The notes: generated by a model from the letters alone, not told the origin. DNA of 42,076 nt from a virus (IMGVR_UViG_3300033808_000078:1-42076); one strand, 5' to 3'. Positions 8,281 through 16,632 are shown, counted from the stretch's first letter. Translations and numbers: made by a program.

Positions 8281-8296
8281 CGATCTAAGAGACGGT

Positions 8297-8608
8297 TCAC
8301 TTTTCCCCCCATCCAGTATCGGTGCCCTCCCATATTATAGACCCTCGGCGGAACGGTTCGGGCTTTTGGTTCATCTCTTTCTTGATAAGTTTATAGCCCC
8401 GCGATTCCATGCACTGAACGTAATCGTCTAGTTTGGCTTGCCTCGTATTCGGAATTTTCTCGTCGTAAACCGCCATCTCCATTCGGTGCCAACAGATCGC
8501 CTCATCCGTTTTCCTCCGATGGATATCGGTGTCCGGCCTATACCATTCAAGGGAGCTGCAGGCTGTCAAAAATCCGAACGCCAAAATTACGACGATTATT
8601 TTCTTCAT
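8297..8608 (-). CDS. Lipoprotein (possible superinfection exclusion)
   Basis: MKKIIVVILAFGFLTAC lipobox; C..CMESRGY. Confidence 0.7.
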   Translation of the reverse strand: MKKIIVVILAFGFLTACSSLEWYRPDTDIHRRKTDEAICWHRMEMAVYDEKIPNTRQAKLDDYVQCMESRGYKLIKKEMNQKPEPFRRGSIIWEGTDTGWGEK

Positions 8609-8844
8609 GATTGTATTCCCTCCCCGCAGAATGGACACTTGCCCCGATTCGAATCTGGAACCTTTACGGTCATTTTACAGTTTGGGCAGAAGGCCAGGCC
8701 GACCTTTTCTTCCGGCCTACCCTGAAGAATCGCAATCTGGTTAAGGACGCATAGGATATCTTTTAAGCGGGCGTACATTTTGAAGAAAACGACGAGCACA
8801 ATTAGCGAGAGAAGAAATCCTAACAGGCCCAAGAGTCCAGCCAT
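8605..8844 (-). CDS. Membrane-anchored zinc-ribbon protein
   Basis: N-terminal TM helix; CPNC..CPFC. Confidence 0.65.
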   Translation of the reverse strand: MAGLLGLLGFLLSLIVLVVFFKMYARLKDILCVLNQIAILQGRPEEKVGLAFCPNCKMTVKVPDSNRGKCPFCGEGIQS

Positions 8845-8856
8845 TTTGCCTGCTCC

Positions 8857-9201
8857 TTAATGGTTTGTTCTGTGCTTCCGGGCGAGACCAACCCGTTTTG
8901 CCACTTCCTCTCTCGGATTCGTTCCGTCGATCTTAGCTGCTATAATTGCGCACTCGCAAGGTTTCCTAGAAATACGACCACTTTTGGTCCAATGGAAGCA
9001 TCTACTGCAAACTACTTTTGTCGCTTCGGGCTTATTTCCCTGGGCGGCGATAAATCCGCACTCACAGGTATAATACCGGCGTAGATCATCGGTTCGGTCG
9101 GTAACATGGCGAATTTCATCCGCGCACATTCCGAGAAGTGATTTGTCTTTTGCTGGCTTAAATCCTATTGTGGATCTTGCTGATTTCGTCTTTTTCATCA
9201 T
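8857..9201 (-). CDS. Cys-rich hypothetical protein
   Basis: CECG..CSRC..CEC; starts just after a consensus promoter. Confidence 0.55.
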   Translation of the reverse strand: MMKKTKSARSTIGFKPAKDKSLLGMCADEIRHVTDRTDDLRRYYTCECGFIAAQGNKPEATKVVCSRCFHWTKSGRISRKPCECAIIAAKIDGTNPREEVAKRVGLARKHRTNH

Positions 9202-9212
9202 TTCTGAAGGAC

Positions 9213-9241
9213 ATCGTATCACGAGAAAAAGAACAAGTCAA
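9213..9241 (-). promoter_or_regulatory. Sigma70-type promoter for the 8297-9201 cassette
   Basis: TTGACT-N17-TACGAT with extended -10 TGn on the minus strand. Confidence 0.7.
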
Positions 9242-9402
9242 AAGAATGGACTCAATCGCGGATTTGAGAATTCGAGACAATCTCTATCCCCAATCCCGTG
9301 AGACACCTTGCGGACGGTGCCGCTTGAACTTTCCTTAATCATTCCATATAATAAAACAGTACCGTGCGTAGTGAAATAAACCCGCTAACCTTTGCCAGTA
9401 GA

Positions 9403-9810
9403 TTATTTGCTGGCATTCTCTACTTTTTTGATATCCTGCGCCGACTCTAACAACTGTGGATTCTCGTAAATGTTGCCAAGAACTTCAACTCCAAATTCCT
9501 CATCATCAGATATTATCAAACCAGTACCGCAAGCATCCCAATAATGCTTATTCCATTTAACTTCGCCAATTTTCCCATAGGCATTTGAATTTTTAACAAT
9601 ATCCCCCTCCCAAATCTCTTTGCCATTCTTGTCGTGGAGGCCGGTGAATTGCATAAGTGGCTTGTATTGTGTATTTAACATCAACTGCTTCAGTCTTGCA
9701 TGTTGATTGTCACAACAAGCCCATAGGCCATCCTGTTTCCACAAAAGCGACGTTACGATATACATTTTTTTCTCTCGATCATCCCACGCCCTAAACTTGA
9801 TCTCTCTCAT
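9403..9810 (-). CDS. YopX family protein
   Basis: MREIKFRAWD..LMQFTGLHDKNGKEIWEGDIV..EVLGNIYENPQLL. Confidence 0.92.
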   Translation of the reverse strand: MREIKFRAWDDREKKMYIVTSLLWKQDGLWACCDNQHARLKQLMLNTQYKPLMQFTGLHDKNGKEIWEGDIVKNSNAYGKIGEVKWNKHYWDACGTGLIISDDEEFGVEVLGNIYENPQLLESAQDIKKVENASK

Positions 9811-9827
9811 TCTCCCTCCACCTTCCT
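9807..9827. repeat. 21-bp direct repeat, copy 1 (TCATTCTCCCTCCACCTTCCT)
   Basis: Identical to 10521-10541; equals RBS+ATG on the minus strand. Confidence 0.85.
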
Positions 9828-10332
9828 ACTTTTCGATGAGTTTGTAGAGTTGAATATCAGGAAAGCTTTTTTTATCCTCATACTCCAGGGCAATCATTTG
9901 TTTGTGTAACTCAATCCCTTCCTCCAACTCCTTGATTCGGTCTTTCAATAGTTTAATACTACTAAGGGCTTGGTCAATGGCTTTTTCTCTCCCGTGCCAG
10001 GCTTCTATAGCTCCATCCCGTTCTTCTTCCAACTCCTTGATTCTGGACTCGGCCTTATTTGCTTCAGATAGCAAAAGACAACCCTTGCACCACTTTCTTT
10101 GATAGGGTGGATAATAAAGAATTTCCCGTTCCAACTCCTTGATTCGGGATTTGGCCTTGTCAAGATCATCTTGCAGATTCGAAAATTCTGCTAAGGTAGG
10201 AAATTTTAATGCATTCTGTTTTAATTCTTCAATCTCCTTCTCCTTCTCATTAAGGAGTTTCTGAATTAAATCTCTGTCATGCATATTGAAAAATGTAATT
10301 CTTTGTGTCTCCTCAATCTCTTCCTTCGTCAT
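9826..10332 (-). CDS. Coiled-coil hypothetical protein with three RIKELE repeats
   Basis: AGGAGG RBS; CCAACTCCTTGATTC occurs three times. Confidence 0.65.
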   Translation of the reverse strand: MTKEEIEETQRITFFNMHDRDLIQKLLNEKEKEIEELKQNALKFPTLAEFSNLQDDLDKAKSRIKELEREILYYPPYQRKWCKGCLLLSEANKAESRIKELEEERDGAIEAWHGREKAIDQALSSIKLLKDRIKELEEGIELHKQMIALEYEDKKSFPDIQLYKLIEK

Positions 10333-10344
10333 CTCAACCTCCTT

Positions 10345-10518
10345 GGCGGATGGCAGGATTCTCACCCACAGGGCCCAGGTTGTTTTCTTCTATCGTTATG
10401 GCAACCTTATCCGCTACTCGGATTACTCCTCACATTGTGCGGTTGGAGCTAGTACCACGAGACTTCAATTTGCGTCTCTCCCGCATTAAGCTCATTCACG
10501 CCCCTGAGCCACACCCGC
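10345..10518 (-). ncRNA. Degenerate tRNA-shaped element (Gly-like shell, expanded central region)
   Basis: GCGGGTG-TG-GCTCA..TGAGC ... GTGGG-TGAGAAT-CCTGC-CATCCGC: acceptor, D and T arms pair. Confidence 0.55.
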
Positions 10519-10520
10519 CA

Positions 10521-10541
10521 TCATTCTCCCTCCACCTTCCT
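10521..10541. repeat. 21-bp direct repeat, copy 2
   Basis: Identical to 9807-9827. Confidence 0.85.
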
Positions 10542-10562
10542 CAACTTCCTTCTGGACATGCT

Positions 10563-10829
10563 TCAATCGTTGCCATACTTGCTCGATGCTTTCGTCATTA
10601 TCTCTTCCAAACTTCCTGATAGCGTTTCTCTATAGGATTTGTGCACCCAGATCTCGCATTTATAGCTCATCTTATCCCACCATACGATGCCGAAGAAATT
10701 CCAAGCGGTATATTCCGCACAGATTCTTCCGCTTTTAAGACGCTCGGCAATCTCAAAATCTATCGAATCGTCAAAATTGCTCATAACCGTTTTTTCAATC
10801 CGCTTGTAATCCGACGGTATTCTTTTCAT
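10563..10829 (-). CDS. Conserved phage hypothetical protein
   Basis: VMSNFD..YTAWNFFGIVWW; RBS and coupling to the integrase stop. Confidence 0.65.
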   Translation of the reverse strand: MKRIPSDYKRIEKTVMSNFDDSIDFEIAERLKSGRICAEYTAWNFFGIVWWDKMSYKCEIWVHKSYRETLSGSLEEIMTKASSKYGND

Positions 10830-10830
10830 T

Positions 10831-11952
10831 TTATCCTTCCTTCCCCTTCCTCATTTGCAATATCTCCGCCGCCCTCTGCGTTGTCACCCTCGCGTAACTC
10901 TCTTCGACCACCTGCTCAGAATTCCCGAGAATCCTGGCGATGTCGGCCGTTGCGGTTCCACGGTTCTTTAACCGACAGGCCAGGGAAGTCCGGGTCCCGT
11001 TCTTTAACGGGATAACCCTTACTCCTGCCTTCTTCGATGCCCTCACCCAAATCCCATAAACGGCGGAACGGGTATATTTCAAGCCGTGGGAGGTTGAGAA
11101 GACGTAATGAAGATTGATGGGTGGGCAGGAACCGCCCCTGCTTGTCCCCGTAGTAATCCGGTCTGGGGGAAGGGACCCGGATATCTTCAACTTCCCTGCG
11201 TTTTCACATTGAACGCCACCACCCACCAAATCCTTCTCAATCTCTGGCATTATCGGAAGCACGTTGTCTTCCATGTTCTTTCGCCCTCTAAACGTGATCT
11301 CTCTTTTTTGCCAGTCGATGTCCGTTCTCTGAAGATTGCATGCCTCGCTTACTCGACAGCCATAGGTCGTCAAAAACCTCAAGATCGGTCTATGATGAGG
11401 CAATGCAGCCTCGACCACCTTGGTCTGCTCCTCCTCAACTAGCCATTCAAGTTTTTTCTTGGGGACGGTGATCTTGGGGAATCTCATCATCTTTTTACGG
11501 CTAATTTGGAAGGCATTGAGGAACGCCCGCAGAGTCACCCTGATCAGCCTGAGATATGCGGGAGAGTATGTCTTTGGTAGCTTGCTAAACCAATCCAGAA
11601 CATGATGCTCCTCGATATCGGCCAGCGTCATGTCTTTAAAATAAGGCTTTATAAAATCCTCAAAGATCCTATCCCGATCCCCCATCCTCACTCTGCCTAC
11701 GGGGTTCTGCTCCTGGTAGATTTTCCAGGCGTTGGGTACAAGGATCGTCTTGTCCTTGCCCCAGTTGATCGGATCGAAAGTCTTACCATCAACCTCGCTT
11801 TGGATCTGGGCAAGGACCCGCTTCGCCAGCTCCTCATTATAGAGCGGGATTCTATTGGCCCCATAATGGTTGAACCAAAGCCTTTTCCCCTTCCATGGGA
11901 AGTAGACCCTATACCTCTGCCTCCGCCGGTCAAAGTAGTATCCGCCCTTCAT
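10831..11952 (-). CDS. int: Tyrosine recombinase / integrase
   Basis: YGCRVSEACNL, GRK, NGTRTS, LGNS, ESYA; arm-binding-type N-terminus. Confidence 0.9.
   Translation of the reverse strand: MKGGYYFDRRRQRYRVYFPWKGKRLWFNHYGANRIPLYNEELAKRVLAQIQSEVDGKTFDPINWGKDKTILVPNAWKIYQEQNPVGRVRMGDRDRIFEDFIKPYFKDMTLADIEEHHVLDWFSKLPKTYSPAYLRLIRVTLRAFLNAFQISRKKMMRFPKITVPKKKLEWLVEEEQTKVVEAALPHHRPILRFLTTYGCRVSEACNLQRTDIDWQKREITFRGRKNMEDNVLPIMPEIEKDLVGGGVQCENAGKLKISGSLPPDRITTGTSRGGSCPPINLHYVFSTSHGLKYTRSAVYGIWVRASKKAGVRVIPLKNGTRTSLACRLKNRGTATADIARILGNSEQVVEESYARVTTQRAAEILQMRKGKEG
11116..11227 (-). ncRNA. Degenerate tRNA-shaped element (Leu-like shell) embedded in-frame in int
   Basis: GGTGGGTGG/CCACCCATC acceptor, GCGTT..AACGC D-arm, GCAGG-N7-CCTGC T-arm. 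Confidence 0.55.
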
Positions 11953-12014
11953 GTTTACCCCCTCAAGGATCAATGAGGGGATGGTATTGAATTGTGGCCG
12001 TAAAGTCAAGGGAG

Positions 12015-12767
12015 TCATGGCTCGATGTTTTTAAGGATCGTCAACGCTTGTTGAAGATGATAGATTAATTGCTGTAACGCTGCATCATTTTTCGAATCTG
12101 GTAAGTTTCGAACCAACCATGAATAGTCCGAATCGAGTCTCTTTATCAATCCGAGAGCAGTCCACTTCGCCTGCCTGCCCGTAGCGAGTATCTTTGCCCC
12201 TCGGTGATAGAACGAATTCTCTGGGTCCGCCGAAAAATTTGCCTTACATGGATCCGAACAACACCAACTTCTTCTTTCGAGGCCGTTGAACTCTTTTCCG
12301 CACCACCAGCATTTCCTCATTCGGATATTTGATATTTCCTCAGAAGCTGGTTCAGTTCTTTTAGGAACAACTTGATCTGCTGTTTCGTTTTTGGCCGGTT
12401 GTGGTACATCGCTCGGCATTTTGGATTGCAAAATTTCTGAATGACCGTTCCGCTGGTCGTTTTCCTCGGGTTTAGAATCGGAGATTGGCAGTTCAGGCAA
12501 GTCTGCATTTAGGCTCTCACCCCACTTTGATTCGATATAGAATTTATAAGTCCAAAGGATGGTGCTTCTTTGCCTCCAGCGACTGTGATTTCCAGCGCCT
12601 ATATGGCAGTTCTGGCAAAGAATGATATAATTTTCGAATTCATCTTTGCCTCCTTTTGCTACAGGAACGATGTGATGGACCTGGAGGTTCAGGCCAGACC
12701 GGCATTCTGGATTAAAGCAGCCAAAGCACTCGTATTTCTGTTTGTATGCGGCTATGGTTTGAGTCAT
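12015..12767 (-). CDS. HNH endonuclease fused in-frame to a downstream Zn-finger ORF (internal ATG 12320)
   Basis: CFNPEC..LQVHHIVPVAKGGKDEFENYIILCQNCH. Confidence 0.8.
   Translation of the reverse strand: MTQTIAAYKQKYECFGCFNPECRSGLNLQVHHIVPVAKGGKDEFENYIILCQNCHIGAGNHSRWRQRSTILWTYKFYIESKWGESLNADLPELPISDSKPEENDQRNGHSEILQSKMPSDVPQPAKNETADQVVPKRTEPASEEISNIRMRKCWWCGKEFNGLERRSWCCSDPCKANFSADPENSFYHRGAKILATGRQAKWTALGLIKRLDSDYSWLVRNLPDSKNDAALQQLIYHLQQALTILKNIEP
12317..12508 (-). CDS. 63-aa zinc-ribbon protein nested in another frame inside the HNH ORF
   Basis: CLNC..KFCNPKCR; GGGGTGA RBS; stop overlaps ATG 12320 (ATGA). Confidence 0.6.
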   Translation of the reverse strand: MQTCLNCQSPILNPRKTTSGTVIQKFCNPKCRAMYHNRPKTKQQIKLFLKELNQLLRKYQISE

Positions 12768-12823
12768 AAAATGACGGCCTCTGCGTGCGTATATACGCTA
12801 CTAAGGAAGATTTCTGGCTCCCA

Positions 12824-12994
12824 TCACCACCCCTTTTCCCGATATAACCGTTCTAAAATCTCCTCCATCGACTCGGTCAAGTCGCCTTTGATGTCCATCC
12901 GCCTCTCGCACGCTTCAACGAAGCGCTCCTCCCAATCAGTCAGGTCGTTAAAATCGAGGCCCGAGATGATCCATTTGAGGCGGTCGGAGGTCAT
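12824..12994 (-). CDS. 56-aa hypothetical protein (not in ORF track)
   Basis: LTDWEERFVE motif; ATGA coupling. Confidence 0.6.
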   Translation of the reverse strand: MTSDRLKWIISGLDFNDLTDWEERFVEACERRMDIKGDLTESMEEILERLYREKGW

Positions 12995-13713
12995 TTTCTC
13001 CCCGTGGCGGCCATGGAAGATGAGGAAACCGCCTTCACCCCCGGCACGTTCATCTCCTTCTTAAGTGATCGTGCCATTCCATTTAGAGCGGTCATATTCG
13101 GTTCGACATAAAGGACCGGGCATTTCCCATCGCCTATCGCCTTACAAAGAGCCTTAAGGTCTGTTACCTCGGCCTTCCAGTATTCCTTAAGGGCCATGCC
13201 CACAGGCTTCACAATCGGGATCGTTACGGGTCCCACGTGAACCTCGAAGGGCTTTTCGTTCTCCTCGATGGCCTCGGCAACGAGGGCGTCGGCCTCTTCC
13301 TTTGCTCCGGATGCCTCGAGCGCCGCAGCTTGGGCTAACCTTTCGATCTCTTCTTTTTGCCGTCGCTCGGCCTCTTGCTTGATGGCTTTCTGGCGAAGCA
13401 TTTCCTCCTCCTGTTCCCGGAGCGTATTTTGTTTGATCGTATAGGCCGTCACCTGGCCGTTTAGATACCTCTCGGCCTCAATCAGTGGGGCCTCAGCGTC
13501 AGCTTTCTGTTTCAAGGCTTCCTTATGCGTGGCATGGGCCTTGGCAATCAGAGGATCAAAGACATCGGCGATTTTCTTCCGTAGCGCTTTAATCGTTAAG
13601 AAAAAATCGTTGGCCTTTTCCAATGAGGGCTGATCCCGGACAGTGATGAGTTTTGCCTCTCCTGGAATCGGCATCACCTCCTGTTTTACCTGTTCAAATG
13701 ATCCTTCATTCAT
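12991..13713 (-). CDS. Coiled-coil phage protein of the recombination module
   Basis: Long E/A/K-rich helix, WKAEVTD..VPGV C-terminus. Confidence 0.65.
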   Translation of the reverse strand: MNEGSFEQVKQEVMPIPGEAKLITVRDQPSLEKANDFFLTIKALRKKIADVFDPLIAKAHATHKEALKQKADAEAPLIEAERYLNGQVTAYTIKQNTLREQEEEMLRQKAIKQEAERRQKEEIERLAQAAALEASGAKEEADALVAEAIEENEKPFEVHVGPVTIPIVKPVGMALKEYWKAEVTDLKALCKAIGDGKCPVLYVEPNMTALNGMARSLKKEMNVPGVKAVSSSSMAATGRK

Positions 13714-14314
13714 AACCCCTCCTTCCATATTCTGTGAAAATTGGGACGGACCACCTCGCTACCGTGAGACAGGCCAGAAAGACCGGTAGCAACAGTTTCG
13801 GCTTTTCAACTGGCCTGAGCTTGTAGGTGCCGTTGTCTTTCAAGTAAAGGCAAAAGATTTTCTGAATATTTTTAAGTTCATTCGCCTGACATAACTCCCA
13901 ATATGCGACAACCTGAAGACGATCGACCGGATCTGGCGCTCCCGATTTCAAATCCAGCAAAGCACCGCTTCCGTTTAACATGCCAATCCGGTCCACCTTT
14001 CCGGCGTACCAGTAAGATCCGTGAAGAAATTTTTGTTCGATTATGGCTGGGTCGAATCCGGTGTCTTGCCTGAATTTCTTATAGGCATCGAGATACGGTC
14101 GGATTCGTTCATCAACGGTGGACTCGTCGAGCTCGTCCCGATCATGGTATTCCGTCGCAAGATGGACAAGCCTGCCTCTCTCTAAATAGAACGGATCCAC
14201 CTTCCATCGCTTGTCGAGGAAAGAAAGGGCCTCGGTAACGCCTATGATGCGGCGCTGATCGATCCAGTAGGTATGATCTTCTTCCCTGAGCACTAGGTTA
14301 TTGTGCGTCTGCAT
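13706..14314 (-). CDS. PD-(D/E)XK exonuclease-like protein
   Basis: GVTEAL..RGRLVH..E..YAGKVDR..LLDLKSG..QVVAY. Confidence 0.8.
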   Translation of the reverse strand: MQTHNNLVLREEDHTYWIDQRRIIGVTEALSFLDKRWKVDPFYLERGRLVHLATEYHDRDELDESTVDERIRPYLDAYKKFRQDTGFDPAIIEQKFLHGSYWYAGKVDRIGMLNGSGALLDLKSGAPDPVDRLQVVAYWELCQANELKNIQKIFCLYLKDNGTYKLRPVEKPKLLLPVFLACLTVARWSVPIFTEYGRRGYE

Positions 14315-15191
14315 CGATCACCGGGCTGATGGAAATAAGGTCATTGCCGTATTGGCCTTTGACATATTCGAATTCAAACTGAGCCTCGGAGCCTTTATCG
14401 TTCTTAGCCTGCTGGCCGATGGTCTTTGAAAAAGTCTTGAAGGCGATCTCTTGGCCCTCGATGTTGCCCGTGATCGTGTAAAGGGTGTACGGCTTGCCAT
14501 CCGTTTTCTTGCCGTCCTTTTCGGTTACGTTGACGATGGGACTGGTGAGTTTCAGGGTTTCGCCTTTGGGCGGTTCGCCGTTCTTTTTTTGGGGCTGCTG
14601 AAGCGGCGCGAAGGGCACGGCCTCGGCTTGCTCCATTTCTTCATTGATGTAAAGGCCCCCGAGCTTCCGGGGGAAGGCCTTTCTCAGGGCCCCGGCCTCT
14701 GCGCATTTTCCGAGCTGGTTCATGGGCATCTTGCGCCACATGAATCCGATATCGTCGCCCGGGTAGTATTCCTTCCAGTAGGCTCTATGCGGAATTTCCG
14801 TCACTTCGCCGGTTTCCGGATCCTTCCTCAAGACGATGACCTCCGCCCATTCGGGGACGGTGATTTCCTTGTCCTGGTAGGATTGCTTGCTCGGAGGACC
14901 GTAGTTAATCGGCCTTTGCCCTACATAGCGGCCGGTTTCCTCGGCGGCCGCCCGGAGATAGTCAATGCCCATTTGAAAGGCGACTTTCCCAGCCCTCTTG
15001 ACGGGAAAAATCAATCTGTCCATCGGATGGATCCCGCGCCGACGGCATTCATAAAAGAACAGCCTCATTTCGTCGTCAGTTGCGCCGATGAAGATCGTCC
15101 TCTTTATAAGCTCGATCTGATCGCGCCTGATCTTTACTCCCTCGAGTTCGACAATTTCTGAATCAATTTGCTTCTGAAGATTTGATTCCAT
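14298..15191 (-). CDS. bet: Bet/RecT-family single-strand annealing recombinase
   Basis: ATDDEMRLF..GIDYLRAAA..WRKMPMNQLGKCAEAGALRKAFP..GLYINEEM. Confidence 0.9.
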   Translation of the reverse strand: MESNLQKQIDSEIVELEGVKIRRDQIELIKRTIFIGATDDEMRLFFYECRRRGIHPMDRLIFPVKRAGKVAFQMGIDYLRAAAEETGRYVGQRPINYGPPSKQSYQDKEITVPEWAEVIVLRKDPETGEVTEIPHRAYWKEYYPGDDIGFMWRKMPMNQLGKCAEAGALRKAFPRKLGGLYINEEMEQAEAVPFAPLQQPQKKNGEPPKGETLKLTSPIVNVTEKDGKKTDGKPYTLYTITGNIEGQEIAFKTFSKTIGQQAKNDKGSEAQFEFEYVKGQYGNDLISISPVIDADAQ

Positions 15192-15271
15192 CTTTTCCTC
15201 CTTTCCGGCGGCCAAGGCCCTTTCGCAAGAGCACGGCAAGCCGGTCTGTGTTGAATGGGACAGTGACCGCC

Positions 15272-15418
15272 TTATTTTGTTTTTTCATCCGGAAACTGAA
15301 TCATGATCCTCGTTGGCCGGCGGATTAGTTTCAGCAGTGCCCTTGTGCCATAGAAACCAATTCCAGCGAAAAAGACCACTATCCAAAGCGCAACGATGTA
15401 ACTTTCGAGATCGGTCAT
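15272..15418 (-). CDS. Small TM protein
   Basis: Hydrophobic helix; TAATG coupling. Confidence 0.5.
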   Translation of the reverse strand: MTDLESYIVALWIVVFFAGIGFYGTRALLKLIRRPTRIMIQFPDEKTK

Positions 15419-15531
15419 TAGAGCCTCCATATCCAGCAGATCGCTGGAATCAACATTGCCCACAGCAACAGCGAAAAAATCGTCCCCCAGAAAAGTGCCC
15501 TGAAAAAATCTAAATGTTCATTCTCAGTCAT
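15418..15531 (-). CDS. 37-aa TM peptide (not in ORF track)
   Basis: MTENEHLDFFRALFWGTIFSLLLWAMLIPAICWIWRL; ATGA coupling. Confidence 0.45.
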   Translation of the reverse strand: MTENEHLDFFRALFWGTIFSLLLWAMLIPAICWIWRL

Positions 15532-15782
15532 TGTAGCGCCTCCAATATTTTTCTGAATGCGTCCCTGTCCCTCTCCGCCTGCGCCTGAATTTTACGGTAG
15601 CGGGCTTCGAGACCGGCCAGGAGAGAAAAAATTTCGTCAATGGGATCGTCCATCAAACGCGGGTCATCCGGAACGATTATTGGAGCGCCCGCATCAATCG
15701 CTGCTACCCTCGGCTTATCCATTTTTCCTCCTTCGATTTCATCCATCAGCTCGATGCACTCTTTGAGGCCTGGAAGGGTCAT
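15528..15782 (-). CDS. Hypothetical protein
   Basis: Coupled ORF in the early leftward operon. Confidence 0.5.
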   Translation of the reverse strand: MTLPGLKECIELMDEIEGGKMDKPRVAAIDAGAPIIVPDDPRLMDDPIDEIFSLLAGLEARYRKIQAQAERDRDAFRKILEALQ

Positions 15783-16183
15783 TATGCACCCGCGGCCTCG
15801 ATTTTTTTATCCGTGTACGACGGCTCTTCTTTTTCTTTCCCCAGTTCCAGCGCCATCTGCCTTTCCTCTGCGGTCATCGCCCGTTCGCGGATCGTTTCGC
15901 CGGTATCCATGCGAACCGTGAGAACCGTGTTCGTCTCGAAGTCTTTACAAATTTCAACATCCACATTTCTCATTTCAAAGCCGCTTCGAAACTTCTCTAC
16001 CGCACTGGCGAGATTTCCCTGGCACGCGGCTATGTCGGACTCAATCTGTTTCTTCAGGCTTTTCAGATCCGCCTCGTATGCTGCGATCTGTGACAGGCAC
16101 TGCGCCATCTTCTCCGCCTGCTCCTTCATCTCCTGTTCGGTTAGCTTGCATTTCAAGAATTCCTTTCCTTTCTCTATCTCCAT
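15782..16183 (-). CDS. Conserved phage hypothetical protein
   Basis: GGAGG RBS; RMDTGETIRERAMTAEERQ motif. Confidence 0.7.
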   Translation of the reverse strand: MEIEKGKEFLKCKLTEQEMKEQAEKMAQCLSQIAAYEADLKSLKKQIESDIAACQGNLASAVEKFRSGFEMRNVDVEICKDFETNTVLTVRMDTGETIRERAMTAEERQMALELGKEKEEPSYTDKKIEAAGA

Positions 16184-16235
16184 CCTCCGCCTCCTTTCTG
16201 AGTAGTTCCTTGATCTCAGTTTGATGACCCGTGGC

Positions 16236-16267
16236 ATTATATTTACACAAACTGTAAGTATTGTCAA
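16236..16267 (-). promoter_or_regulatory. pL-like promoter with operator TTACA-N5-TGTAA (16243-16257)
   Basis: TTGACA...TATAAT on minus strand overlapping a palindrome repeated at 16606-16620. Confidence 0.6.
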
Positions 16268-16316
16268 GAGAAAAATGAGGGAGAAATGAAGATTTTTTCT
16301 GAGAAGAAAGGCCTAA

Positions 16317-16583
16317 TTATTTAAAGGGCTTAACGTGCGGATCGCCTTTTTCTGTGAGCAAGAAACCGATATTAGCTTCAATTAATTCGTATAAACAGAT
16401 CCAAAATTCGTTATCGGGCTCGAATTCACCGTTTATTATCAGGCTGATTTTTTTCTGTGCGGCATTGAATGTGCGTCCATATTTTTCGACGAACTTTCTC
16501 GCAAGATCGGCCTGGTTCATGCTATGCGATTTTAGCGCGATCTTTATCCTTTGGCCGATCTCGAATTTTTCTTCTTTCGTCAT
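16317..16583 (-). CDS. CI-like HTH repressor
   Basis: IGQRIKIALK..MNQADLA..ISLIING..FLLTEKG; divergent from the cro-like gene. Confidence 0.75.
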   Translation of the reverse strand: MTKEEKFEIGQRIKIALKSHSMNQADLARKFVEKYGRTFNAAQKKISLIINGEFEPDNEFWICLYELIEANIGFLLTEKGDPHVKPFK

Positions 16584-16594
16584 GAATTTTTTTC

Positions 16595-16627
16595 TTGACA
16601 AGAGTTTACATTTAGTGTAAGTATAGT
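16595..16627 (+). promoter_or_regulatory. pR-like promoter with operator TTACA-N5-TGTAA (16606-16620)
   Basis: TTGACA at 16595, TATAGT at 16622; same palindrome as 16243-16257. Confidence 0.6.
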
Positions 16628-16632
16628 GAGCG

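Noticed and set aside
9242-9400. attP site
   Set aside because: Plausible non-coding gap with short GAGACA repeats, but no recognisable core or tRNA 3' end; not supportable without the host sequence
10345-11227. Functional tRNA genes or a tRNA-Sec/UGA suppressor
   Set aside because: T-loops are non-canonical and there is no 7-nt anticodon loop with UCA in a normal arm
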